Shown piece after piece: positions 50,224 through 60,272 of a stretch of 64,000 nucleotides of DNA. Position 1 is the first letter of the stretch; each line of letters starts with the position of its first letter. The DNA is from Tubiluchus corallicola (Eukaryota > Animalia > Priapulida): positions 310,001 to 374,000 of the forward strand of contig JAQGDQ010002369.1 of the NCBI GenBank assembly GCA_030141605.1, written 5' to 3'. The notes under the pieces were generated by a model, which saw nothing but the letters and a program-made list of their open reading frames with translations, was not told where the DNA came from and searched no databases. Made by a program: the position numbers and the translations under genes.

Positions 50224-51558
50224 TTAAACAACTTGGAGAGAAGGCTTCTCAACGAGATCGCCTAGCATGGTCTGATGACTGAAGCTGTGGATTTTGACGT
50301 TTTGGAGGCTGCCGATCATTGAAGGATCCCCTTCGAAAATCACCTTTTTCCAGCAACGGGTCCTCCCTTTGAGGCGCTTCCCGTCCCTATTAAAACGCTG
50401 AACGAGAACTTCAAAGGTCTTACCTAAAAGCTTTTGTCGTTCTTCTGCCGTAATCTCATGATGGAGGTCCAGCAGTCTTTGGAGACGATCCTGCTTCACT
50501 TCCTCTGGAATATCGTCTTTCCAACGCATGGCAGGGGTTCCTTTTCTTGGACTGTAAGCATAGAGAAAAGCGATGTCATAACGAATTTCTTTCATTGCAT
50601 TGTAGGTTTCCATGAACTCTTCTTCCGTCTCGGTTGGGAAGCCGACGATGATATCTGTCCCAAGACTTACATTGGGAACGATCTTTCTCAGGAGATCGAC
50701 CTTTTCAAAGTATTGTTCTTTGGTATAAATCCGGTGCATCTTTTTGAGGATCCTGCTCGATCCTGCCTGAATGGGGAAGTGGACGAATTCGCAAAGGCTG
50801 GGAAGGTCGCGGATGGCATACATGAGGTCTTCAGTGATGTCGATGGGATGGCTGGTCATAAAGCGGACCCTCTCGATCCCTGTCAGATCGATTCGGTGCA
50901 GAAGATCGTGAAAAAGGCAGTTCCAGTCGGGCTGATCTTTTCCATAACTGTTGACGTTCTGGCCGAGTAAAGTAAGTTCTTTATATCCCTGGTCTACGAG
51001 CTTCTTGCATTCTTCAACGATGCTCTCGGGAGGTCGGGAGACTTCCTTGCCACGTGTGTAGGGAACGACACAGTAAGTACAATATTTATCACAACCCCGG
51101 ATGATTGAGATAAAGGCTGAAAGAGAGTCGTCTCTCTTGGCGATCCCATAGTCCAGATTCTCTTCGAATCGGGTATCGGTTTTGTAAACTTGTTTTTGGG
51201 TATAGAGGACTTCATCGAGGACAGTATTCAAATCAGTGATATTATTTGTGCCGATGACGAAGTCGAGATGAGGAAATTTTCGAAAGAGGGAGTCCTTTTT
51301 GGCCATCGCCATGCAACCGGTCACCCCGATAACGGACTTCTTTTTTCCCCGGCCAAGCTGGCCCAGCTTCCCCATTACCTTTCGTTCGGCCAGATCTCTG
51401 ATCGAACAGGTATTAAAAAGAATGAGATCGGCTTCATCCTCATTATGAGTTCTTTGAAGTCCTTTCTCGTGCAAATGACCGACCATGATTTCGGTGTCGA
51501 GTTCGTTCATTTGGCATCCATAGGTACGGATATAAAACGTTTTCAGCTCTCGGTTCAT
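50224..51558 (-). CDS. miaB: tRNA i6A37 methylthiotransferase
   Basis: TYGCQMN, NTCSIR, GCDKYCTYCVVPYTRG, YSPRKGTPA. Confidence 0.96.
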   Translation of the reverse strand: MNRELKTFYIRTYGCQMNELDTEIMVGHLHEKGLQRTHNEDEADLILFNTCSIRDLAERKVMGKLGQLGRGKKKSVIGVTGCMAMAKKDSLFRKFPHLDFVIGTNNITDLNTVLDEVLYTQKQVYKTDTRFEENLDYGIAKRDDSLSAFISIIRGCDKYCTYCVVPYTRGKEVSRPPESIVEECKKLVDQGYKELTLLGQNVNSYGKDQPDWNCLFHDLLHRIDLTGIERVRFMTSHPIDITEDLMYAIRDLPSLCEFVHFPIQAGSSRILKKMHRIYTKEQYFEKVDLLRKIVPNVSLGTDIIVGFPTETEEEFMETYNAMKEIRYDIAFLYAYSPRKGTPAMRWKDDIPEEVKQDRLQRLLDLHHEITAEERQKLLGKTFEVLVQRFNRDGKRLKGRTRCWKKVIFEGDPSMIGSLQNVKIHSFSHQTMLGDLVEKPSLQVV

Positions 51559-51687
51559 TTCAAGTTTTTCCTCGAAAAACAGACGATTTTATAGGAGGAA
51601 AGAATCTTTTTCAAGTTTCAAGGGAGCTGGCCTGTTCTAAATCATGATTTCAAATATTGTTTCAGGATCTGATCATAGAGAAATATC

Positions 51688-51716
51688 TTGGCAAAAATGG
51701 GCGAAATCTCTATATT
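51688..51716 (+). promoter_or_regulatory. Putative primary-sigma promoter for rplM-rpsI
   Basis: TTGGCA-17 bp-TATATT, 30 bp upstream of the start. Confidence 0.5.
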
Positions 51717-51746
51717 TTATCTATCTTTTGTCAAGGGGTAATCGTT

Positions 51747-52193
51747 GTGAATCAAAAGAATAAGACATTGCTGATCACTAAAGAAGACGCGCGCAAATCT
51801 CGCAATTGGTATCTGTTCGACGCTTCCGGAAAGACTCTGGGGCGGTTTGCTAGTGAAGTGGCAAAAATCCTTCGCGGAAAACACAAAACGGACCACACAC
51901 CGCACGTGGACACTGGTGATGGCGTTATTATCGTCAATGCAGACAAAATCAAGGTTTCTGGATCTAAAGAAGCACGAAAAATCTATCGCTACCACACGGG
52001 AGCGATGAGCGGACTTCGGGAAGTTCCTTACCGCGTAATGAAGGACAAGAAGCCAGAATATATCTTGATGCATGCGATCAAGAAAATGGTTCCCAGAACA
52101 AAACTGGGCAAGCATCAAATGAAAAAATTACGCATTTTTAAAGATGATAAACATGGAATGGAAGCTCAAAGACCCATTTCCGTTGAAGCTTAG
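51747..52193 (+). CDS. rplM: 50S ribosomal protein L13
   Basis: WYLFDA, LGRFAS, LRGKHK, TPHVDTGD; GTG start after AGGGG. Confidence 0.97.
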   Translation: MNQKNKTLLITKEDARKSRNWYLFDASGKTLGRFASEVAKILRGKHKTDHTPHVDTGDGVIIVNADKIKVSGSKEARKIYRYHTGAMSGLREVPYRVMKDKKPEYILMHAIKKMVPRTKLGKHQMKKLRIFKDDKHGMEAQRPISVEA

Positions 52194-52203
52194 GAATTGA
52201 AAT

Positions 52204-52593
52204 ATGGCTGCAGAACATTTGGGAGTTGGAAGAAGAAAAAGAGCTGTTGCTTCAGTGCGTCTTCGTAGGGGAGCAGGCAACATCAATGTGAATGGAAAGA
52301 AGTTCGAAGAATACTTTCCAAGCTCTCTTCAAAGGGATACAATCACCGCTCCATTGCATAAATTCGACTCGATTGAAAAATATGATATAATCGTTCGCAT
52401 CAAAGGCGGCGGTAAAGAAGCACAAGCTACTGCGACAAGACTGGGCATTTCTAGAGCGCTAGTTACCGAGAACGAAGATTGCCGCAAAGACTTAAAAGAA
52501 CTGGGCTTTCTTACTAGAGATCCTCGTAAGAAAGAAAGAAAGAAATACGGCCTTGCTGGTGCAAGGAAGAGATTCCAGTTCTCTAAACGTTAA
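52204..52593 (+). CDS. rpsI: 30S ribosomal protein S9
   Basis: GRRKRAVA, GGG, RDPRKKERKKYG, QFSKR. Confidence 0.99.
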   Translation: MAAEHLGVGRRKRAVASVRLRRGAGNINVNGKKFEEYFPSSLQRDTITAPLHKFDSIEKYDIIVRIKGGGKEAQATATRLGISRALVTENEDCRKDLKELGFLTRDPRKKERKKYGLAGARKRFQFSKR

Positions 52594-52698
52594 TTTTTCT
52601 TCCTCCTTGTTTATCAAGAGGTCCTGGAGAATGCCATTTCTTCAGGGCTTTTCATTTTTAACCAGAATTGTCTATTTACCTTTAGATTCTTACGAAGA

Positions 52699-53509
52699 TT
52701 AAAGCTCATTCTTGTTCTTGGGAGCGGCGCTTTGCCATTTCTCTGCATTCGCTTCTGCCCAGGCTTTAATTCCTTTAGGGTTGCATGAACGATACCACTG
52801 GAATCGATAGACATCTGTATGGAATGCCTCTTCCTGAGACTTCAGATATTCCTCAATGTTATTCCAGTTTCCTCCTTCATAAGGGGGAGTGAAGTGAGCT
52901 TGATCCACATTGATTCTATCTCTGGCCAGTATCCCTCGCGAATACATTGACTGCTGATTGCCTGGGCATCCCCAGCACAGTTTTATACTCTTCCCTTTCT
53001 ACCCATTCCGCATATTCATCCGCTGTTTTGCTGCAAACGAATTTACGAGTTGGCTTGAATGGGTTTTTTAAATTGCGCGATTCGAATAAGAGAATATCTG
53101 TGATCTTGTCTGTGCTGATTTGGTCTGAGATGGAAATGGTACGGGTGTGAAAATCAGCTTCCCCACCTGACTGTACAAGAACATGAGGTGTGCACTTTAT
53201 GTTGATTTTTCCTTTGCTTTCGACTTCTTCCCAATGCACCTTTGCTGCGGGACAGCTAAAGAACAGTTTTTTGCCTTCTTCTATTCTTTCTTTACAGGAA
53301 GCGGGTGGGAATAGTTGATCTGTTTCTTTGTTTGTAGCCCGAGAATACCTGGGAAAAGAAGGTAGACTCGATCCTGCATAATAGAGCCCGAAACAGCCTG
53401 CCGCAATACAGGCAACTACAGCAGCTCCGGCTGCGATCTTTTTCTCTCGGGAGTCGAGATCAGGGATGAAACTGTAAAAAGCATTTTTTACTTCTTGAAT
53501 CATAACCAC
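52699..53509 (-). pseudogene. FExxN family paralog 3, with two frameshifts near 52970 and 52920
   Basis: LFESRNL...EREEYKTVL / DAQAISSQCIREGYWP / ...EYLKSQEEAFHTDVYRFQW lie in three frames. Confidence 0.75.
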
Positions 53510-53580
53510 CTTTTATAAAACGAAATTATACTTCGGTTTTTCATTAAATTGCTAATAAATATGAGAGTTTAATTTTATTG

Positions 53581-53632
53581 TTTGTTTGTTTGTTTGTTTG
53601 TTTGTTTGTTTGTTTGTTTGTTTGTTTGTTTG
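53581..53632. repeat. Tetranucleotide microsatellite (TTTG)13
   Basis: 13 perfect units in the intergenic region. Confidence 0.97.
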
Positions 53633-53647
53633 GGGTGTCTTTCTGAA

Positions 53648-54643
53648 TTAGAATGAATAGGCCATTTCTGCAAGAATACTATACGCCTGCCAGGTGATCC
53701 CATTGAACGGATCAGATGTAGTTACATCGACAGTCTGTTGTGAGAAAGGCGCTCCCGTAAATGTCTGCAGACCTTCTGTTCTCTGTGTGGAAGATCCATC
53801 TCTTGCCTTCCAGTACCGATATCGAAAGTCCAAAGCAATTTTCCACTGTGGGTCGATTCCATAGACCCCTTTTAGTTGAAGAATATGGGCCCAGGCCCAT
53901 TTAGTCGTCTTCAAGTTTGTCTTCAGATTATTGACTGTGATCCCGGCTCCTTGTGTGATCGTTGAATCAACTTGGTAGCTCGAATGCGTGCTGTACCATC
54001 CCCAATGATATTCATATCCTCCAATCAGACGGATTCGGTCTTCCGGACTGGGACGGCAGACGATCTTCATTCCTCCCAAAAAGGTATACCATTTGTTCTC
54101 AATCCCTCTTCCCGGAGAAAAGCTCGCTGTGAAATTCGCTCCGGTGATCATCGCAGGAGTTACGCCTGTTCTGGTGTACTCAGTAAAATCATAAGAGAAA
54201 CCGATAAGCGGAATGAAAGTAAGGGGACCTATTCGATAGGGATAACCTATTTCTCCGAAGATCGAGAACGGTTTACCCCAGGCTTTATGGGAAAAAGGCG
54301 CCTGCAAAACAATCGATACTCTCTGATCGAAACTTCCCGTTCTGATCGTCATTTCTGTATCGACTTGATGGGCCCAACACCGTCCGAACAGAATTTCGGC
54401 CTGCAGATAAATCATCTTCTGCTCGAAGAATTCCGCAGAAAAGCCAAAAGGAAGAACATCGATCCTCTTCAAATCATTTTTGAAAGATTTCGAGCCGGGA
54501 ATCGCATCATTGCTATAGCTGAAATGGATCTCCTGTCTCTGATAGCCGAGTTCTGCTCCCACCCACCCAGGAGCAAAGTCATAGGCAAAACAAACTACAG
54601 GAAGAAGAGCAAGGATCAAGATGCGCATGACCTGTATTATCAA
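53648..54643 (-). CDS. Outer membrane beta-barrel protein
   Basis: Signal peptide, alternating aromatic strands, terminal AEMAYSF. Confidence 0.75.
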   Translation of the reverse strand: MIIQVMRILILALLPVVCFAYDFAPGWVGAELGYQRQEIHFSYSNDAIPGSKSFKNDLKRIDVLPFGFSAEFFEQKMIYLQAEILFGRCWAHQVDTEMTIRTGSFDQRVSIVLQAPFSHKAWGKPFSIFGEIGYPYRIGPLTFIPLIGFSYDFTEYTRTGVTPAMITGANFTASFSPGRGIENKWYTFLGGMKIVCRPSPEDRIRLIGGYEYHWGWYSTHSSYQVDSTITQGAGITVNNLKTNLKTTKWAWAHILQLKGVYGIDPQWKIALDFRYRYWKARDGSSTQRTEGLQTFTGAPFSQQTVDVTTSDPFNGITWQAYSILAEMAYSF

Positions 54644-54716
54644 TCCCCCGGCTTATCTTTCAATACCTCTTGATCCAAAACCAATCTTTCAGTAGACAAG
54701 AAACTACGGAGGGGGA

Positions 54717-55187
54717 ATGGAAGAAGGAAAACCCGTGTCAGCATCTTCGATCCATCAGCAGGTGGTTGAGGTCTTTCCGAACGACCTCAACCCCCATGGT
54801 ACTCTTTTTGGTGGAAGAGTCATGGAGATTGTCGATAATTTGGCCGGGATTGTTGCAAAAAGACACTCTGGCAAAGTCTGCGTCACACTCGCGATCGATT
54901 CCGTTCGATTTTTATCTCCCGCCCGAAGGGGAGACATCCTCTTTTGCATGGCGTCCGTTAATCGGACATGGAACTCATCCATGGAAGTAGGGATTAAAGT
55001 CATTGCAGAGGACTTTCGTTCCTTGGAAAGCAAACAAATCCTTACTGCCTACTTTACCTTTGTTGCTGTTGATGATGAACATCGCCCTATAAGGGTACTT
55101 CCCGTTTTTCCTGAAACGGAAGAAGAGAAAAGAAGATTTCATCAGGCAGAAGAACGAAGAGCGTTCCGTTTTCGTCAGAAATCGTAG
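54717..55187 (+). CDS. Acyl-CoA thioesterase, YciA-like
   Basis: PNDLNPHGTLFGG, SSMEVG, AYFTFVAVD. Confidence 0.92.
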   Translation: MEEGKPVSASSIHQQVVEVFPNDLNPHGTLFGGRVMEIVDNLAGIVAKRHSGKVCVTLAIDSVRFLSPARRGDILFCMASVNRTWNSSMEVGIKVIAEDFRSLESKQILTAYFTFVAVDDEHRPIRVLPVFPETEEEKRRFHQAEERRAFRFRQKS

Positions 55188-56695
55188 ATCTCAGAGTATT
55201 TTTCGGTCAGGTATTTGATATAGGCATCTTCAGAAGGAGCTTTCTTGGTGATGTTCTTGCAGAGCTCTTCTGCTGAGAACATCCTCCCTTTGCTGTGGAT
55301 GTGCTCCTTTAGCCACTCACGAATAAAAGGAAGATCTCCCTTCTGCATGCGTTTTGCCCAGTGGGGATGTTCTTTTTCAAAGACCTGGAAGAATTGAGCA
55401 GCGTAGAGGTTGCCCAGAGCATATGTAGGAAAATATCCCACAAGCCCTGCAGCCCAGTGAATATCCTGCAGGCAACCCAGGCTATCACTGGGTGGAGTGA
55501 TTCCAAACAGGTTCTTCATTTTTTCATTCCAGGCATCAGGGATGTCCTTCACCTTGAGCGTTCCTTTCAAAAGTTCTTTTTCCATCTCGAACCGCAGAAT
55601 GATGTGAAGACAATACGTCATCTCATCCGACTCGACCCGAATAAAAGAAGGTTCAACGACATTGATCGCCTTGTAAAATCTCTTCAAAGAAACATCCTTG
55701 AACTCCTCTACATAGGTCCTTTGCAATAGGGGATAAAAGTGGTGCCAGAAGTCCATGCTCCTGCCGATGATCGTTTCCCACCAGCGGGACTGGCTTTCAT
55801 GGATGCCCAAAGACGTTGCCTCACAAAGAGGAGTTCCCCAGTATTCCACAGGAAGACCCATCTCATAAAATGCATGTCCGGCCTCATGTAAAATCGACAG
55901 AATATTGCTCATCACACCGAACTCTAAGATCCACGTCGTAAACCTAGTGTCTGTCGGATGAAGAGAGATTGTAAAAGGATGGGCAGACTCATCGAGACGG
56001 GCATTTTCTTTTTCGATCTTCAAGCCGTTCAGGATCACATTTCCAAACTCGATCTGTTTCTCTTTTAAAAAAGGCTTCTTCAAAAAGTCATTGTCTATCT
56101 GCTTTTTGTCCTGCACTTTCTTAAGGAGGGCCACCAGTCTCTTTTTCAGTTTGGAGAAAATCGGAGAGATCTTTGCGGAAGTCATCCCTGGTTCGTAATC
56201 ATTCAAAAGAGCGTCGTAGGGATGGTCCTTGTAACCCAGGATCTTTGCCTTTTCCCTGCTCATCTCGAAGATTTTTTCCAAATAAGGCTCGAAGTCCTTG
56301 AAAGAGTTATTGTTCTTTGCATCGATCCATGCCATCGTCGCCTGCGACGTTAATTTGGAAAAGTTCTTCACAAAAGAGTTGGGGATCTTGGTGTCTTTAA
56401 GAAAGTCCTTCCGCCATTCCCTCAGTGCAATTTTCTGTGCAGTGGATAACTTCTGAGCTTTTACTTTTCCCGTTTTCAGACTGATCAGTTTTGCAAGGGC
56501 GTTCTTGAACTTCAGACTCGTTTTTTCTTTGTGGATATGCGACGCCAGGACAGCGAGTTGATGGCTTCTGGCTTCTCCTCCTCCCTTGGGCATATAGGTT
56601 TCCTGATCCCAGCTCAATAACTGCGCGATTGAGCTGAAGGAACAAATCGTATTGGAAAGATCAAAGAGATGTTCAAAATCTTTTTGCGATGTCAT
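55175..56695 (-). CDS. Carboxypeptidase M32 (Taq-type)
   Basis: WDQETYMP, HPF, HEAGH, HESQS, IRVESD, QDIHW, GYFPTY. Start at MTSQK. Confidence 0.95.
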   Translation of the reverse strand: MTSQKDFEHLFDLSNTICSFSSIAQLLSWDQETYMPKGGGEARSHQLAVLASHIHKEKTSLKFKNALAKLISLKTGKVKAQKLSTAQKIALREWRKDFLKDTKIPNSFVKNFSKLTSQATMAWIDAKNNNSFKDFEPYLEKIFEMSREKAKILGYKDHPYDALLNDYEPGMTSAKISPIFSKLKKRLVALLKKVQDKKQIDNDFLKKPFLKEKQIEFGNVILNGLKIEKENARLDESAHPFTISLHPTDTRFTTWILEFGVMSNILSILHEAGHAFYEMGLPVEYWGTPLCEATSLGIHESQSRWWETIIGRSMDFWHHFYPLLQRTYVEEFKDVSLKRFYKAINVVEPSFIRVESDEMTYCLHIILRFEMEKELLKGTLKVKDIPDAWNEKMKNLFGITPPSDSLGCLQDIHWAAGLVGYFPTYALGNLYAAQFFQVFEKEHPHWAKRMQKGDLPFIREWLKEHIHSKGRMFSAEELCKNITKKAPSEDAYIKYLTEKYSEIYDF

Positions 56696-56818
56696 AGCAC
56701 TCTTATTGGGATTGGTTTCAAAGGGATAGTAACAAATCCCTTTTATTTTCTGCACTTGAAGCTATTGTCTCTTTTGACAGAAAACCTTTTGGCCTGCATC
56801 TTCCAAAAAGAGATCACT

Positions 56819-57868
56819 ATGAAAAAAGGCTTACTCTTACTCTTTATCCTGGTTCTTCAACTTCATGCAGATGAAGACGAGCAACTGCCATTAGTCGAAC
56901 AGGTCCTCTCCTTTCAGTTGACCGTAAGCGATATGGACCAGTCGGTTCAGTTTTACACCCGGATACTCAACTTTGTAAAAGAGACCGATGCCCAAGTCGA
57001 CCACGGGGAAGCCTATAATCGTCTGACAGATCTCAAAGATGTGAAAGTCAGAGTTGTTCAACTCAAGCTCGGTGATGAGTACCTGGTCTTGAAGCAATAC
57101 CTCCATCCGAAAGGAAGAGAGATGCCTCAAAATCTCAAGAACAACGATCCCTGGTATCATCACATTGCCATCGTCGTCAGCAATATGGATAAGGCATTCC
57201 GGATGGTCCACACCCATCACTACCCTTTGATTTCCACATGGCCGCAGACCTATCCTCATTCAAACAAGGATCTGGGAGGTATCTCCGAGTTTTATTTCAA
57301 AGATCCCGACGGACATCCCTTGGCCCTCATTCAATATCCTCCCGACAAAGGACCCCGTAAGTGGCATACGCCAACGAACCGGACCTTTTTGGGGATCGAC
57401 CATACTACGATCGTCGTCAATAACGTCAATGAGAGCCTGGACTTTTATCAAAAACTCCTAGGATTAAAAGCAACGATAACCACCTTCAAACATGGAAGAG
57501 TACAAGAGAACCTCACCCATGTTCTGGGAGCCCGTGTCCGCAGTGTAATGCTCCGCCCGCCGCAAGGACCAGGTATCCAGTTGATGGAGTATCTTCATCC
57601 TCCCTCTGAAAAACTCTTAAAAGAAACAAAAGTCAATGACGTCTGGTATGAACAGATCAATACCGTCTCAGAGAACGTAGACAAGATCTATGACTTACTC
57701 AAAGATCACAAGACCAAGATGATTTCCAAGGGTGTTCAGGATTTTCATCGTAGAGATTTTCGGGCTTTCATCGCAGAAGATCCCGACGGTCACGCCATCC
57801 TCTTCTCCCAGAGAAAACTCCTCCACGATGAAAGAACCTACTTCCGCAGGGAACCTGCTTCGCCTTAG
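56819..57868 (+). CDS. VOC/glyoxalase family protein with signal peptide
   Basis: MKKGLLLLFILVLQLHA; HIAIVV, DPDGH x2, GIDHTTIVV. Confidence 0.88.
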   Translation: MKKGLLLLFILVLQLHADEDEQLPLVEQVLSFQLTVSDMDQSVQFYTRILNFVKETDAQVDHGEAYNRLTDLKDVKVRVVQLKLGDEYLVLKQYLHPKGREMPQNLKNNDPWYHHIAIVVSNMDKAFRMVHTHHYPLISTWPQTYPHSNKDLGGISEFYFKDPDGHPLALIQYPPDKGPRKWHTPTNRTFLGIDHTTIVVNNVNESLDFYQKLLGLKATITTFKHGRVQENLTHVLGARVRSVMLRPPQGPGIQLMEYLHPPSEKLLKETKVNDVWYEQINTVSENVDKIYDLLKDHKTKMISKGVQDFHRRDFRAFIAEDPDGHAILFSQRKLLHDERTYFRREPASP

Positions 57869-58035
57869 AGGCTATCTTCAAGCTATATCTCGTCGATTTT
57901 TGGAGCTATTTTGGCCATCTTTTGAAAGTTACAATGTGAGCCATATTCACATGAATATTACCCATATTGTAACTTTCAAAAGCTGGCTCAAAAGAGCCCT
58001 AAAATCGACTGATATCTAGTTTATCGACAGGCCTC
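57868..58035. mobile_element. Palindromic MITE/RPE-like element, family A copy 4, with TTA duplication
   Basis: tta-GAGGC...GCCTC-tta; shares TCGTCGATTTT-GGAGC-ATTTTGGCCA and TCAAAAGAGCCCTAAAATCGAC with copy 1. Confidence 0.85.
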
Positions 58036-58785
58036 TTAAACCTTCACCATTTCAGACTTTCTTCTCGAGAAATACAGGACCGTATAGAAGATTGGAGCGA
58101 TGCTATAAGCAACACAATTGAGCAGGATCATAACTGTCATCACAACTCCTTGAGACTGCGATGCCAACAATCTCTGCGCAATGAAATAGGGAACCATCGT
58201 TGCAATCGTAATCACAAACATATATCCCAAAATTCTCCATCTTACCCCCTTGACCAATTCCTTGGATCTTTTCAGACTTTCTCTCAAAGAAACACCCTCA
58301 TTGGAGATCACAGGGAAAATGAAGCAGAACCTGGCCATGACAAAAGATACCGCCACAAATGCCAACACGGAGAAAATAATCATCGGGACCCAACTATTAT
58401 TTGTTTTAGTCAGGATAAAAAACATCGGAGTGAAGAGCACAGCCATGCATAGCAAAATAATAACAAAAATCAGAGCCATCGCTAAGACATATTCCAGTCC
58501 TTTATGTCTCATGGCCTTAAACATCTCTTCCATAGAGCTACTCTTGCCCTGATAAGCAGTACTCGCAGCCTGATAAGCCCCCGCAGAGACAAAGCAATAG
58601 AGAAATGCACTCAAAAGCCCACTAAACATTAATGTCATAAGGACACCCTGTGTTGGTAGAGGCTTCGCTGTATAATATTGGCTAATAAACCCCGGGACTA
58701 CAAACAGAATCCCAATCGGCAGCCAAAGCTTCTTCCACAATCCAAACGTCTGGGCAATCACACTGCCCAATTTCATATCATCCAT
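58036..58785 (-). CDS. Multi-pass membrane protein
   Basis: About 6 TM segments, SLKRSKELVKG-RWRI motif. Confidence 0.8.
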   Translation of the reverse strand: MDDMKLGSVIAQTFGLWKKLWLPIGILFVVPGFISQYYTAKPLPTQGVLMTLMFSGLLSAFLYCFVSAGAYQAASTAYQGKSSSMEEMFKAMRHKGLEYVLAMALIFVIILLCMAVLFTPMFFILTKTNNSWVPMIIFSVLAFVAVSFVMARFCFIFPVISNEGVSLRESLKRSKELVKGVRWRILGYMFVITIATMVPYFIAQRLLASQSQGVVMTVMILLNCVAYSIAPIFYTVLYFSRRKSEMVKV

Positions 58786-59339
58786 AATCCTTTCCTATTT
58801 CGGTGCAAATGGCCCCATCATGCCCTCTAAAAAAATAAAACCTCAACTGAAATTCTTCCAGATCAGAATCAAGAAAGCTCGTTGCTATAATGCATAGGTT
58901 TTTTCTATCGAATAACTTTTAACAATGTCTTTCTTTTAAAGTTGATCATTCGATATTTCCTGCCTACTGTTCCTCTTTTTTATGGAGACCTTATAATCTT
59001 TCCACGGTAGAGATCCTTTATAAATTACCCAACACATTGCAAAAGGTTTAACCTAGTTCATAGGAAAGCAACACATCTGCGATCCGATTATTACAATACT
59101 CACTGCTACCAGATCTATATTACCTAATAACTTAAGTACACTGCGATAGTTTGTTAGAATTTTTTTACAACTCTACCCACTTTCTCTTGGTAGGAATTTA
59201 ATTCATTCGAGAAGTTTCTAGTCTGAAGGAAATGAACAATAGAATGATCGGGGTTTAAAACTCTCATAAATACCTTCTTGTTTTTCAATTCTGTGGGTAA
59301 TTTTGTTGCATCCTTTTTTTGGTCTGAGAAGACATCTGA

Positions 59340-60182
59340 TTAAGCTTTTGCAAAAAGCAGGCGGTGAAGATCGTGAGGAGCAAGGTTTTTCACTTGGTCG
59401 AACTCAAGTCCATTTCGGTTTTCTTTGTTAAAGGTAAAATAGGGATCTTTGCTATCGAAAAAATTCAAAGAAAGTCTTTCTTTTAAAGAACAGGAATGAA
59501 TTTTCCCTAGGTCGCTAAGTTTTATCTTGGTGTCAGGATGGGTTAATACATGATAGAGAATAGCAGCGTTAAATAAAGCGGGGACGGCTTCTCTTTCTAA
59601 AAGCTTCCATGCCTGTTGACGGAATTTCATCAATATTTCAGGTCTGACATCTTTTTGAAAAATCATTTGATGAGCTTTTGTATTAATCTCAATGGATCGA
59701 AAGACAAAATATCGAATACGTGCAATGACAGGAAGAAGAGCCTTTAGAGGCTCTTCTGGGTTAAGTTTTCTGAGAAGATCTAAAGGGATATGCTCTTTCT
59801 CAACACCAACATCCAGTAATAATGTTTCGACCTCTTCACAAGTATGATTTTTTAACTTCTTAAGTTCTAGAGCAACTCCTATTTCGATTGCGGCTTGACA
59901 GGTATAGCTATACGCTTTTTGAATGAAGTAGGTATGATAATCCCCAAATTTTGAGAGAGTAAGAGTTAATCCAAGTGCAATGAGGGGAAAGAGTGTGGCT
60001 ACTGATGTAAAGGCAAGAAAACATACGATAGCTACTCCAATAGCGATTGTAGCAACCACTGTGATGGTTGCCATACGGTTGTAATAAGTTGCCAATGAGT
60101 TGCTTTCTTGAAACTTTTCCTGGGGAGATTCAATCAACGAATGATGAAAATATTGATTAGGAACATCGAGATCTACAGACAT
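59340..60182 (-). CDS. Inc-like protein with a bilobed hydrophobic domain
   Basis: About 40-aa hydrophobic stretch near the N-terminus, no signal peptide. Confidence 0.7.
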   Translation of the reverse strand: MSVDLDVPNQYFHHSLIESPQEKFQESNSLATYYNRMATITVVATIAIGVAIVCFLAFTSVATLFPLIALGLTLTLSKFGDYHTYFIQKAYSYTCQAAIEIGVALELKKLKNHTCEEVETLLLDVGVEKEHIPLDLLRKLNPEEPLKALLPVIARIRYFVFRSIEINTKAHQMIFQKDVRPEILMKFRQQAWKLLEREAVPALFNAAILYHVLTHPDTKIKLSDLGKIHSCSLKERLSLNFFDSKDPYFTFNKENRNGLEFDQVKNLAPHDLHRLLFAKA

Positions 60183-60272
60183 AACATTTCTCTATTAGAT
60201 AAAGACTTCATGGGGCATCGTAAAGGGCATCGAGATGAAATGTCTTACAAATGGCATAAAACGCATACCAAC

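Noticed and set aside
53972-54673. 233-aa plus-strand ORF
   Set aside because: Antisense to the beta-barrel gene, with non-protein-like composition.
58860-59270. Possible degraded gene starting MRVLNPDHSIVHFLQ on the minus strand
   Set aside because: Multiple stops and no recognisable homology; too weak to call.
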